From an uncultured Gemmatimonadaceae bacterium (GTDB lineage: Bacteria; Gemmatimonadota; Gemmatimonadetes; Gemmatimonadales; Gemmatimonadaceae): a stretch of 64,000 nt of DNA. Under the pieces are notes generated by a model. It was not told the origin of the DNA, did not search any database, and was given only the letters and a program-made list of their open reading frames with translations. Each line of letters opens with the position of its first letter. Position 1 is the first letter of the stretch. A program made the translations under genes and the position numbers. Shown here piece by piece: positions 19,395 through 29,766 of the stretch. The stretch covers positions 1,248,001 to 1,312,000 of the forward strand of contig CAVXGK010000001.1 of NCBI GenBank assembly GCA_963761305.1, read 5' to 3'.

Positions 19395-22064
19395 TCAATC
19401 CGATCGCATGCTCGTGAGCGGATCCACACGCATCGCCCGAAACGCCGGGAGAAAGCAAGCCGCCGCGGCAATCGTGAGCACCGAGGCCACGACGGCGACA
19501 TAGGTCCTGGGGTCGAGCGGACTGACGCCGTAGAGCGAGCTCGCGAGAACTCGGCCGCTGGCCATCGCGCCGGCGAGACCGAGCAGCACACCGATGGCGG
19601 CCGGCGTCAATCCTTGCCGAAGGACGAGCAGCATCACGTCGCGCGGCGACGCGCCGAGGGCGATGCGCACGCCGAGCTCGCGCGAGCGCGTCGAGACCAT
19701 GTACGACAACACGCCATAGATGCCGATCGCCGACAACAGGAACGCCACGACCGCGAACGCCGCGCAGACGGCGAGCGCGAACCGTCGCGGAGCGAGATCC
19801 AGGGCGAGGACGTCGTTCAGCGTTTCCACATCCCGTGTGGCGAGCGAGGGATCAGCCCGGCGAAGGGCTCGCTTGACAACGCCCGCGAGCGCCATCGGAT
19901 CGCCGGAGGTGCGAACGAACAGCACCATCGTCCGCTCCCACGTTTCATGGCGGTGATTGGCGAACAGCGTCGGCTTCGCCGGCGCGTCGAGCGACTGATC
20001 CCGGATGTCGCCGACGATGCCGACGATCGTGATCCAGGTTCCGTTCGGGTTCGGCCCAATGCGAATGCGGCGACCGATAGCATCGCCCTTCGGAAAGAAT
20101 TGCCGCGCCGCCGCCTCGTTGATGACCCCCGTCTCCGGGCCGGTCGCGAGATCCGTCGCGTCGTACACGCGCCCCGCGATCACGGGGATGCGCAGTGCCT
20201 TGAAATAGTCGCCGCGCACCGAGATGTAGCCTAGATCCGGAAGGTGCGTCTCGTCGATCGGCTCGCCCTCGATGCGAATGCTGCTCGATACGCCGCCGCG
20301 CGTGGGAACGCCGCGCGCCGCTCCGACCGCGACGACACCCGGCGCGTGGGAGATCTCATCCAGCAGGCCGTCGTAGAACGAATTGATCGCGGCGGTGCTG
20401 TCGTAGCGTTCGCCGGACGCGCGCACGCGGGCCGTGAGTACGCGATCGGGGTCGAAACCCAACCTGACCTGCGTCAGCTCGGCGAAACTGCGCAGGAGTA
20501 GACCGGTGCCGATCAGCAGGATCACGGCGAGCCCCACCTGCACCGCGACGAGCGTCCGCCGGAGCCGGTCGCCGGCCGGGCTGACCGTCGCGGAACGGCT
20601 GCCTTCCTTGAGAGAATCTTGAAGGTCGGGGCGGGCGGCCCCGAGCGCCGGCACGACGCCAAAGAGCACGCCGGTGACGACGGAGAGCACCGCGCTGAAC
20701 GCCACGATGCGCCAATCCACCGTGGCGACGAACGCCGCGGGAAGCACCTCGGGGTTGAGCGCGAGCATGCGACTCGTCGCCACGCGCGCGAGCGCGACTC
20801 CCAACGCACCGCCGGTCAGCGACACGAGCACCGACTCGGTCAACAACTGTCGAACCAGTCGTCCTCTGCCCGCGCCGAGTGCGGCACGGACGGCGAGCTC
20901 GCGCCGCCGGCCCACGGCACGTGAGAGCGCAAGGTTCGCGAGATTGGCGCAGGCGATGAGCAGCACGATCAGCGCCGCGCCTTGCATGAGGACGAGCGCC
21001 GACGCGACCGACCCGGCCATCGCCGTCCGTAGCGGTTCGACGACCGCGACGCGCCCGGCACTCGCCTGCGGGTACTCGGCTGCCAGTTGCCTGGCGATGC
21101 CGGCGAGATCGGCGCGAGCCGCGGCGAGCGACGTGCCCGGCTTCATCCGACCGACAACGCGGGCGTAGTGCTGACGCCGCGTCACGGCGACGTTCGCCAT
21201 CTCCTCGTGGAAGTCGTCCGAGGTCCACACGTCCTCGTCCAATCCGAGCGTGAAACGCGGCGGCATCACGCCGATGAGGGTGTATGCCAGGCCGTTCAGT
21301 GTGATCGGCTTGCCGATCGCCGACAGGTCGCCGCCGAGCTGGTTGTGCCACACGCGATACGACACGAGCGCCGCTCGGTCGTTACCGGCGGCGCCTTCGC
21401 CGGGAGCGAAGGTTCTTCCGTGCAGCGCCGGCGCTTCAAGAACCGTGAAGAGATTCGGCGTCACCGAGACGCCGGAGAGCATCTCGGGTTCGCCGGCGTC
21501 GGACCGCCACGTGAGTTCACCGTTGCCGACGTACGCGGCCAGGTCGGTGAACGTGTGTTGCCGCGCGCGGTAGTCGATGTAATTGGGTGGGGAAATCGAC
21601 GAACGGCCCGCCGGATCGCCGGGCCAGCTCTCGAAGACCGCCAGCAGGCTGCCGGGAGATCCATATGGTAGCGGCGCGATCAGCACCGCGCGGGCGACGG
21701 CGAAGATCGCCGCGTTCGCGCCGATGGCGAGGGCGAGCGTCAACAACGCCACCGCGGCGAACCCCGGACTTCGCCGCACGGTGCGCAGCGTGTATCGCGC
21801 ATCCTGTACCCAGCCGGCGAGACGGTCGGTCAGGCGTGCTTCGCGCTCCGCCACCTCGTCGACGCGGCGGCAGTAGTCGCGCGTGAACTCGAGATCGCCG
21901 AACTCCTCGCGAGCGCGCGCCACGGCCTCGTCGGGCGACAACCCGCGCGCGCGCAACTCGGCGACGCGCATGTCGAGGTGGAATGACAGCTCGCTGTCGA
22001 CGTCGCGCGCGATCGTCGATCGCGACCGCCACGGAAAGCGGAACCAACGAACGAGCGGCCGCAT
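19395..22064 (-). CDS. ADOP-type duplicated ABC permease with permease-prefix domain
   Basis: ELSFHLDMR..G...EA...AREEFG prefix, TLALAIGANAAIF, LLIACANLANL, IGIYGVLSY, VDPLTSMRSD. Confidence 0.93.
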   Translation of the reverse strand: MRPLVRWFRFPWRSRSTIARDVDSELSFHLDMRVAELRARGLSPDEAVARAREEFGDLEFTRDYCRRVDEVAEREARLTDRLAGWVQDARYTLRTVRRSPGFAAVALLTLALAIGANAAIFAVARAVLIAPLPYGSPGSLLAVFESWPGDPAGRSSISPPNYIDYRARQHTFTDLAAYVGNGELTWRSDAGEPEMLSGVSVTPNLFTVLEAPALHGRTFAPGEGAAGNDRAALVSYRVWHNQLGGDLSAIGKPITLNGLAYTLIGVMPPRFTLGLDEDVWTSDDFHEEMANVAVTRRQHYARVVGRMKPGTSLAAARADLAGIARQLAAEYPQASAGRVAVVEPLRTAMAGSVASALVLMQGAALIVLLIACANLANLALSRAVGRRRELAVRAALGAGRGRLVRQLLTESVLVSLTGGALGVALARVATSRMLALNPEVLPAAFVATVDWRIVAFSAVLSVVTGVLFGVVPALGAARPDLQDSLKEGSRSATVSPAGDRLRRTLVAVQVGLAVILLIGTGLLLRSFAELTQVRLGFDPDRVLTARVRASGERYDSTAAINSFYDGLLDEISHAPGVVAVGAARGVPTRGGVSSSIRIEGEPIDETHLPDLGYISVRGDYFKALRIPVIAGRVYDATDLATGPETGVINEAAARQFFPKGDAIGRRIRIGPNPNGTWITIVGIVGDIRDQSLDAPAKPTLFANHRHETWERTMVLFVRTSGDPMALAGVVKRALRRADPSLATRDVETLNDVLALDLAPRRFALAVCAAFAVVAFLLSAIGIYGVLSYMVSTRSRELGVRIALGASPRDVMLLVLRQGLTPAAIGVLLGLAGAMASGRVLASSLYGVSPLDPRTYVAVVASVLTIAAAACFLPAFRAMRVDPLTSMRSD

Positions 22065-22068
22065 GGAA

Positions 22069-22401
22069 TCAGCCGGTGCTGAGCAACTTGCCGACGGCGT
22101 CGGCGTACGACCGCCACACGGCCGATTCCGCGCGCAGCTCGGCGCGGCCGCCGGTCGTGAGCCTGTAGTACTTCGCCTTTCGGTTGTTCTGCGAGACGCC
22201 CCACGTCGACGCGATCAGCTTGCGCCGCTCGAGGCGGTGCAGCGCCTGATAGAGCGCGGCGCCGTCGACGGCGATCACACCGTCCGTGTGCTCATCGATC
22301 CACCGCGAGATGGCGTAGCCGTGCATCGGTTCCCAGGCGAGCGTGCGCAGAATGAGCACGTCGACGGTTCCCTGCAGGAGATCGTTCGGGGTTTTCGGCA
22401 C
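22069..22401 (-). CDS. PadR family transcriptional regulator (ADOP-associated)
   Basis: LLQGTVDVLIL, MHGYAI, LYQALHRLE, NNRKAKYYRLT. Confidence 0.93.
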   Translation of the reverse strand: MPKTPNDLLQGTVDVLILRTLAWEPMHGYAISRWIDEHTDGVIAVDGAALYQALHRLERRKLIASTWGVSQNNRKAKYYRLTTGGRAELRAESAVWRSYADAVGKLLSTG

Positions 22402-22455
22402 CGGCCCTTCCAGTCATCAGGTGAGTGGAAGGAATAAGAGCGGGGCCGCGATGCG

Positions 22456-23316
22456 TCAAGGCGCGGCGGGCAAAGCGTGTCGAACGCCGAACAGGTTCAC
22501 CCAGAGATCACCGTGTGCAGCGAGCCGCTCGGGCATCGTCCGCAGCGTGATCGATTGCGGGCCGACCTCGCCGCTCTCGAGTTCGTCCCACGTGCATGGC
22601 GCCGAGGTGGGCGCGCCGGGCTTCGGCCGCACCGCGTACGTCGCCGCGAACGTCGCGCCAAAGTCGTTGCGTCCGGTATCGACGAGAATCTTGCCGCCGC
22701 GGTCGGCCTTGTAGAACTCCTGCGTCAAACGATCGGGCGCGCGACGCACCAACTCGCGTCCCACGGCGTGGGCGAAGCGCGCGACCTGGCCGCTGTCGGA
22801 CTTCTCGTCGAGCGCGAACACGACGTGAAAGCCCTTCGATCCCGACGTCTTCACCCAACTCGCGACGCCGAGCTCGGCGAGGGTGTCGCGGAGGAGCAAC
22901 GTCGCGGAGCGCAGCGCATCCGCGTCGTCGACGAGCGGGTCGAGATCGAACACGCACAGGTCGGGATAAAGCAGCTTTGGCACGCGCGACGTCCACACGT
23001 GGGGCGTGATGGAGTTCTGATTCGCCATCCATAGGATGCCGCGCGCGTCGCGCACGACCGCGTAGTTGACGACGCCATCCGATTTCGGCACGGCCACGCG
23101 TTCGAGCCACGCGGGCGCAGCCGGGCCGAGATTCTTCTGAAAGAACCCCTTCTCGCCGATGCCGCGGTGGAAACGCTCCATCGTCACGGGCCGGCCGGCG
23201 ATGTGCGGAAGCATGACCGGCGCGACGAGCTGATAGTACGACGCGAGCTCTCCCTTGGTGATGCCGGACTCGGGGAATATGACCTTTTCGGGATGCGAAA
23301 TCGCGATCTCGCTCAT
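22456..23316 (-). CDS. ligD: LigD-type primase-polymerase domain protein (stand-alone)
   Basis: SHPEKVIFP, TKGELASYY, FFQKN, FDLDP, KTSGSKGFHV, YAVRPKPGAPTSAPCTWDE. Confidence 0.9.
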   Translation of the reverse strand: MSEIAISHPEKVIFPESGITKGELASYYQLVAPVMLPHIAGRPVTMERFHRGIGEKGFFQKNLGPAAPAWLERVAVPKSDGVVNYAVVRDARGILWMANQNSITPHVWTSRVPKLLYPDLCVFDLDPLVDDADALRSATLLLRDTLAELGVASWVKTSGSKGFHVVFALDEKSDSGQVARFAHAVGRELVRRAPDRLTQEFYKADRGGKILVDTGRNDFGATFAATYAVRPKPGAPTSAPCTWDELESGEVGPQSITLRTMPERLAAHGDLWVNLFGVRHALPAAP

Positions 23317-24182
23317 GCGGCGGGCGGTTCTCCGCGTACCACGTCGCGCGCCCGAACGTTCGTCGGGACCGCGAGCAATCGGGAGTGTCGCAGCTTGGTG
23401 TGTACGGTCCACTCGATGAACGCCACGCGCACGACGATCTCGGGGCGCACCCAATGCGCGCGCACGCGCGGCAATCCTTTGGCTCTGGTGAACGGCGATG
23501 TCTCGAGTTCCATCGCGTCGAACCGTGCACGAAGCGCGGTCAAGAGCTGCGTGTCGAAGCCCGTGCCGACCTTGCCGGCGAAGACGAAGTCGTTGCCCTC
23601 GAAGAATCCCACGAGCAGCGCGCCGAGCCCGACGCGTTTGCCCTGCGCGTCGGTGAAGCCGCCGACGACGAAGTTCTGCGCCAGCTCGCACTTCATCTTG
23701 AGCCAGTGCTTCGACCGCTTGTGCTCGTATGGCGAGTTGCGGCGCTTCGCGATCACGCCTTCCCAACCCTCGGCGCACGCGCGATCCCACGGTGCCGCGT
23801 CGTCGATCTCGCTCACGCGGTACAGCGGCGCTTCCAGCGGCAACGCGGCCAGCAGCGCACGACGCTCGGCCAGCGGAATTTGCGTGACGTCGCGACCGTC
23901 GAGCCACACGACGTCGAACACGTGATATGCCGTGTGTCCGTCCCACGTGACTTCGCCGTCGAGAATCGCGTCGCCGACCGGCAGCGACGCGACGGCTGAA
24001 GCGATGCGAGGCAGGTCCTTCTCTTTTCGCGTGCGGGAGTAGAGCCGTACGCTGTCGCCCTGTTTGAACGCGATGAGGCGGATGCCGTCGTACTTCCGCT
24101 CGAACATCCAGTCTGGCCCGGTGAAACGCTCCTGCGTGAGCGTCGCCGCCATGGGCTCGATCCAGTCGGGAAAGACCGTCAT
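23313..24182 (-). CDS. ATP-dependent DNA ligase (LigD ligase/LigC-like, with OB domain)
   Basis: ERKYDGIR (KxDG), ILDGEV, VFDV, EGVIAKR, WLKMK, GKVGTGF, LRHS. Confidence 0.92.
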   Translation of the reverse strand: MTVFPDWIEPMAATLTQERFTGPDWMFERKYDGIRLIAFKQGDSVRLYSRTRKEKDLPRIASAVASLPVGDAILDGEVTWDGHTAYHVFDVVWLDGRDVTQIPLAERRALLAALPLEAPLYRVSEIDDAAPWDRACAEGWEGVIAKRRNSPYEHKRSKHWLKMKCELAQNFVVGGFTDAQGKRVGLGALLVGFFEGNDFVFAGKVGTGFDTQLLTALRARFDAMELETSPFTRAKGLPRVRAHWVRPEIVVRVAFIEWTVHTKLRHSRLLAVPTNVRARDVVRGEPPAA

Positions 24183-25885
24183 GTCACGTCGCCCATCGGC
24201 ACTTGCACCTCGCTCGGCGGCTCGACCACCGGCTGGCCGCTGTCCAGGAGCATCTGTTCGAGATCCAGCTCGTACTGGACGGTCGCCATGACGTCGTCGC
24301 CGATCACGGCGCGGTCGCGAAGATCGAACAGCGCGCGGCGCTCGGCGGCGATCATCGCCGAGCGAATGCGACGGTATTCGACGGCACGGCGCTCGTCGAG
24401 CGCGCCGGCGTCGTGCGACGGCGGCGACGACACGAAATGCTGGTGGTCGATCTCGTCCGTGTGGTCCTGAAGGCGCCGCGCCTCGCTCGCGGCCCATCGC
24501 CGCGCGCGTTGCAGATGCCGCTGGCGCAGATAGCGCTGCACCTCGGGATACTCCAAGTCGTCGCGGGGTAGTTCATCGAGTGCGAGCAGCCCGGCCTCGG
24601 CGGACGCCAGACGCGCGTGGGCCACTTCGTCTTCGACGGTTCCGTCGGCACGCAACTGAAGCGCGCGGGCGAACGGCCGCAACGTCGGCGCCTGCAGCAC
24701 GAGCGACGCGAGGATGACGCAGAAAGTGATGAAGATGATGCGCTCGCGCGCCGGAAACGGCTGCCCCGCTGCGGTCACAAGGGGAAGCGCGAGCGCGATG
24801 ACCAGCGAGTCGCCGCCGCGCACGCCGGCCCATCCCACAAAAAGGAGCTGGCGCCACGTCGGCAGCGGGTCGTGCGTGTGGCGAATCCAGCGGCCGATTT
24901 GCCCGCCGGCGTACGCGCTGGGGAACAGCCAGGCGAGCCGCACCACGACGACAGACGCGAAGACCACGGCCGCCTCGCGCACCAACGACGGGAGCGTCGC
25001 CGGTTCCAGATCGCGCACGACGTACGGCAGCTCGATGCCGATCAGAATGAAGATCAACGACTCGAGGACATATGTCGTGACGGTCCACATGCTCCCGGTC
25101 TGTGTCCGCGACGCCGGCGAGACGATCGCCTGAATGTTGCGCCCGATGTACATCCCCGCGGCAACGACGGCGATCACGCCGGAGAGCCGCACCGATTCGG
25201 CCGCGAGGTACACGGCGAATGGCGTCAAGAGCGAGAGCGTCGTGTCGGCCACGTCGATGCGTTGCGTGAGCCGGCGCAGTCGAAGAATCAGCATGCCGAG
25301 GGCGATGCCGATCGCCACGCCGCCGACGCCGACGACGACGAATTGCAGAGCGGCGGTCCGCGGGGCGAACGTTCCCGTCACAGCCGCGGCGACGGCGATG
25401 CGATACAGGACGAGCGCCGTGGCGTCGTTGAGCAGTCCTTCGCCTTCCAAAATGCGCTCGATCACTCGCGGCAGGCGCACCGACCGCATCACGGACAGGA
25501 CGGCGACTGGATCGGGCGGCGAGATCACCGCGCCAAGCGTGAACGCGGCGGCCCACGTGAACGCCGGGTCGATCGCGCGAACGACGACGGCCACGGCGAC
25601 GGAGGACACCAGCACCATGAGCACGGCCAGGCGCAGGATCGGTCCCGCGGAACGGCGAAGGTCCCGCAGCGGAAACGCGGCGGCTCCCCAGTACAACAGC
25701 GGCGGGACGAACACGAGGAACAAGACGTCCGGCGCCAGCTCGATGCGAGGGAGATGCGGAATCTCGGCGAGGGCGAGTCCGCCGACGACAAGCAGCGTCG
25801 CGTACGGGATGCGCCAGCGCTCGGCGAGGATGCGGAGGCACACCGACGCGGCGAGCAACAGGAGAACGAGCTCGAGGCCGGACAT
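24179..25885 (-). CDS. Na+/H+ antiporter, CPA1 family
   Basis: FVPPLLY, ISPPDPVAV, LEGEGLLNDATAL, SGVIAVV, WAGVRG. Confidence 0.92.
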   Translation of the reverse strand: MSGLELVLLLLAASVCLRILAERWRIPYATLLVVGGLALAEIPHLPRIELAPDVLFLVFVPPLLYWGAAAFPLRDLRRSAGPILRLAVLMVLVSSVAVAVVVRAIDPAFTWAAAFTLGAVISPPDPVAVLSVMRSVRLPRVIERILEGEGLLNDATALVLYRIAVAAAVTGTFAPRTAALQFVVVGVGGVAIGIALGMLILRLRRLTQRIDVADTTLSLLTPFAVYLAAESVRLSGVIAVVAAGMYIGRNIQAIVSPASRTQTGSMWTVTTYVLESLIFILIGIELPYVVRDLEPATLPSLVREAAVVFASVVVVRLAWLFPSAYAGGQIGRWIRHTHDPLPTWRQLLFVGWAGVRGGDSLVIALALPLVTAAGQPFPARERIIFITFCVILASLVLQAPTLRPFARALQLRADGTVEDEVAHARLASAEAGLLALDELPRDDLEYPEVQRYLRQRHLQRARRWAASEARRLQDHTDEIDHQHFVSSPPSHDAGALDERRAVEYRRIRSAMIAAERRALFDLRDRAVIGDDVMATVQYELDLEQMLLDSGQPVVEPPSEVQVPMGDVT

Positions 25886-25996
25886 TGGTGCCCCAAAGTG
25901 AGCGCTGGCGGCCCGCTGCAAGCAAGCGCTGCGCGGCGATCCCACGGAATCGCGTCATCACTCGCGCCGACCCGCGGCTGGCCGTAGCTTGTCCGC

Positions 25997-28656
25997 GTGG
26001 CGACGCCGCCCTTTCCCACCGACCGACTCAGTTCGGCATTCGCCGGCCGTTACCGGATCGAACGGGAACTAGGCGCCGGCGGCATGGCCACCGTCTATCT
26101 CGCCGCGGATCTCACGCACGATCGCAAAGTCGCGATCAAGGTGCTCAAACCGGAGCTGGCCGCGGTGCTCGGCGCCGACCGGTTCGCCGTTGAGATCAAG
26201 ACGACGGCGTCGCTCCAGCATCCGCACATCCTACCCCTCTTCGATTCCGGCACGGCCGACGGACTGCCGTTTTACGTCATGCCCTACGTCCAGGGCGAGA
26301 CGATTCGTCAGAAGCTCGACCGCGAGACGCAATTCGGCATCGACGACGCGATCCGCATCGCGCGCGAGGTGGCCGACGCGCTCGACTACGCGCATCGGCG
26401 GGGCGTGGTCCATCGCGACATAAAGCCCGAGAACATTCTGCTGCACGACGGGCGCGCGATGGTGATGGACTTCGGCATCGCGCTCGCCGTCTCCGCCGCG
26501 GCGGGCGGCCGGATGACCGAGACCGGCCTCTCGCTCGGAACGCCGCACTACATGTCGCCCGAACAGGCGACGGCGGAGAAGGAGATCACCGGCCGCTCCG
26601 ACATTTACTCGCTCGCGAGCGTGTTGTACGAGATGCTCGCCGGTCAGCCGCCGCACCTCGGCGGCTCGGCGCAGCAGATCATCATGAAGATCATCGCCGA
26701 GCCGGTGCGGCCGGTGACGCAGTATCGGAAATCGGTGCCGGCCAACGTTTCTGCCGCCCTCGACAAGGCGCTCGAGAAGCTCCCGGCTGATCGTTTCGAG
26801 AATGCGAAAGCGTTCCGCGACGCGCTGGCCAACGCGACGTTTACGACCACGACTGCCGCGAGGCCCACGCGTGCCGCAGCTGAAGCGCACGGCGGCGTGT
26901 GGCGCGGCGCGCTCGTCGCGACAGCCGCTGTCGCGCTTCTCGCGACGGTCGGCTTCGTGTGGGCGTTGCGCCGGCCGACGGTCGTGCCAGACGAGCCAGT
27001 TGTGCGCGTTGTCGTCGATCTGCAACCGGGCGAACGGCTGCCCTCCGGCACTCTCGGATCGGTGGTCGCCATCTCGCCACAGGGCGACCGCCTCGTGTAC
27101 GGGGCGGTGGGGACGGCCGGCACGCGCCTAATGATCAGGCGCACCGGCGAGACGACCGCGCGCGAACTGACCTCCGCGGTGGGATGGCAGCCCGCCTTCT
27201 CGCCCGACGGTAAGTGGATCGCGTATACGGACGGCGATGAGGTCAGGAAGATCTCGGCCGATGGCGGACCGAGCTCGCTGCTGGCGACCATTTCCAACTC
27301 GGGCATTCGTGGTCTCTGCTGGACCGGGAGCGACACCGTCCTGGTCGGATCGGACGCTGGAATGCTCGCGGTCTCGAGCCGGGGAGGCGCCCCACATCGC
27401 GTTCTCGAGGTGGATTCGACAGCCTCCGCCGTGTATCCGGTGATGCTCCCCGATGAGAAGACGTTTGCGTATACCGTCGGCGGCACGGCTGGTTCGCGAC
27501 GACTCGTGGTGACATCGCTCGCGTCGCACCGAACGACGGTGCTCGAGACCGCCGCCGCGGTTGCGCTGGGAATGCGCGACGGGCACCTGCTGTACGTGAC
27601 GAGCGCCGGTGCGTTGGACGCGGTCCCGTTCGACCTCGACCGGCAGCAGGTGAGCGGCGATCCGATCCAACTCGAGAGCGGCATACAGATCTCTGGTCCG
27701 GGCGCGGCGCTCGCATCCCTTTCCGTAAATGGGTCGCTGTGGTACGTGAGCGGAGAGTCGATGAATCATCTCGTGCGTGCGGCGATCGGGGGGGACGGCC
27801 GGACGTGCCACTGATCGACGACGCGCGCAAGTTCAGGAATCCGCGCTTCTCCCCCGATGGGCGGAAATTCGCCGTCGAGGTGACCGATGCGAAGGGCGCC
27901 AACATCTGGTTGTACGATCTTGCCGGCAAAACCCTCACACCGCTCACCAAGGACGGCGGTGGCGTCCCCGAATGGTCGGGAGACGGAAAGCGCGTCCTCT
28001 ATAGGTCGACCGGCGTCGGAAAGGTCGCCGTCAACTGGCTGCCCGCGGACGGGAGCGCTCCGGCCGAGTTGCTATACCAGCCGGACGAAGCGATCAACGA
28101 GGCCCTTCTGTCGCAGGACGGGAAATGGCTGATCTATCGAACGGCCCCCGGCCTTCACAACCGCGACATCTTCGCCGTTCCACTCGATGGAGACCGCAAG
28201 CCAATCCTTCTCGTGGGTGGGCCGGCGCACGAGTCGCATCCGCGCCTGTCGCCCGACGGAAAGTGGATGGCGTATCAGTCGAACGAGAGCGGCCGGTTCG
28301 AGATATACGTGCGGCCCTTTCCGGGCAACGGCCCTCGCGTCCAGGTGAGCAACGATGGCGGCCAGGAGCCCCTGTGGGCTCGGTCGGGCAACACGATCTT
28401 CTATCGAACGCCGACCGGCGGCCTCGAATCCGCCGCCGTGACGCGCGGGGCGACGATCACGGTTGGAGAGCGTCGCGTCGCGCTGCCACCGGCTGACTAC
28501 ATGGACGACATCACGCACGCGAGCTACGACGTCTGGCCGGACGGCAGCGGATTCCTGATGGTGAAATCTGTCAGCGCGGACGACCGGCCGATTCTCGTGC
28601 ACAACTGGGGCCGGACACTGCGCGAAAAATTCGCTGCGGGCAGCGATTCAAAGTGA
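25997..28656 (+). CDS. Ser/Thr protein kinase with TM helix and TolB-like/PD40 beta-propeller, frameshift near 27795
   Basis: LGAGGMATVY, VAIK, HRDIKPEN, DFG, GTPHYMSPEQ; repeated FSPDG/LSPDGKW across ORFs 25997..27814 and 27739..28656. Confidence 0.9.
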
Positions 28657-28701
28657 TTGCTATCAAGCCGGGACTCACGACGCAGCGACAGCGGAAGCCG
28701 A

Positions 28702-29118
28702 ATGCCAGCCAAACTCTGGGCGCGACCCATCCTCCACGTCGGCGACGTCGCCGCGAGCATCGCCTACTACTGCGAAAAACTCGGCTTCGCCGAGGATTGG
28801 AACGAGGGCCGTGACGACTCGCCCGTCGCACAAGTGAGCCGCAACGGCATCGCGCTCATTCTCGACAAGCACACCTACTTTGCCAAAGCGGGTACGCCGA
28901 GCGTCATCAGTCTGACGTTGAACGATCTGCCCAACCGCCCGTCGCTCGACGCGTTGCATCGCGAGTTGCTCGTCGCCGGCGCGAAGATCACGAAATCGCC
29001 GTTCAAGGTGCATTGGGATCCGCACCTGTACGAACTGGACGTCGAAGATCTCGACGGCAACGTGCTCATGTTCTGGGGATTCATGCCGCCCGAGCGCGAG
29101 TTCACCGGGGTGGAGTAA
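28702..29118 (+). CDS. VOC/glyoxalase family protein
   Basis: PILHVGDVAASIAYYCEKLGF, VEDLDGNVLMF. Confidence 0.88.
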   Translation: MPAKLWARPILHVGDVAASIAYYCEKLGFAEDWNEGRDDSPVAQVSRNGIALILDKHTYFAKAGTPSVISLTLNDLPNRPSLDALHRELLVAGAKITKSPFKVHWDPHLYELDVEDLDGNVLMFWGFMPPEREFTGVE

Positions 29119-29130
29119 CAGCGATGAACA

Positions 29131-29732
29131 CGCTGGTCCGTTCGGGAAACGCTGGCTTTTTCGCAAGTGGCGATCGCGGGCGGCACCATCCTTCGCGCGA
29201 CCGCCCGCAAAACTGCCGATACTGCCGGCAGTATTGCAACGGCTCGCGCTGCGGACGGTGCCACCCGCTCTCTGGGTTGCGTTGAAAGGCGATCATCCGC
29301 GTGAGAGCGATGCCGCGCTTCGTGAAAACGGCGCTACCATGCGGTCATGCCCGCCACGGACCCGATCCCGGCACTGAAGCAGGAGGCCGCCGTCGCGCTC
29401 GTTCCGCTCGTGGAACGCTGGAATCGCAACGATGCCGCGGCGCTGCTCGGTACTGAGGGCGAGCGGATCGCGGACTTGCGATACGGGAGGCTCGATCGGT
29501 TCTCGCTCGAGCGACTGATCCGGTTCCTCGTGCGGGCTGGCGCACGCGTCGAGCTGCGGATCACAGCGCCTCGGCACTGACGCCGAACGCCTCGGGCCTG
29601 GCCACTCGGAGAGCGGAGCGGCCTGGTGTCCGCAGCGCGAGCCGTTGCAATACTGCCGGCGGTATCGGCAGTGTTGCGGGCGGTCGCGCGAAGGACATCA
29701 GGCCGCTCCGCTCTCGCCCCTGGCGGCCCATC
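29131..29732. mobile_element. Family 3 element, full copy: HTH gene between two inverted long hairpins (mobility inferred)
   Basis: ~68-bp inverted repeat at 29189-29256 and 29628-29695; near-identical second copy at 32685-33195. Confidence 0.6.
29347..29580 (+). CDS. Small XRE-family HTH protein (HigA2/HTH_37-like), copy 1
   Basis: AAALLGTEGERIADLRYGRLDRFSLERLIRFLVRAGARVELRI fits the AA.LLG....+S.L..G+L..FSL-RL pattern; conserved in copy 2. Confidence 0.8.
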   Translation: MPATDPIPALKQEAAVALVPLVERWNRNDAAALLGTEGERIADLRYGRLDRFSLERLIRFLVRAGARVELRITAPRH

Positions 29733-29766
29733 TCGCTCGCACGAAGAGCGTCAAGCTTACCGCCAG

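Noticed and set aside
29176..29715. Family 3 hairpins as integron attC sites or a toxin-antitoxin locus
   Set aside because: No RYYYAAC/GTTRRRY ends recognised, no integrase in the window, and no toxin ORF beside the HTH gene.
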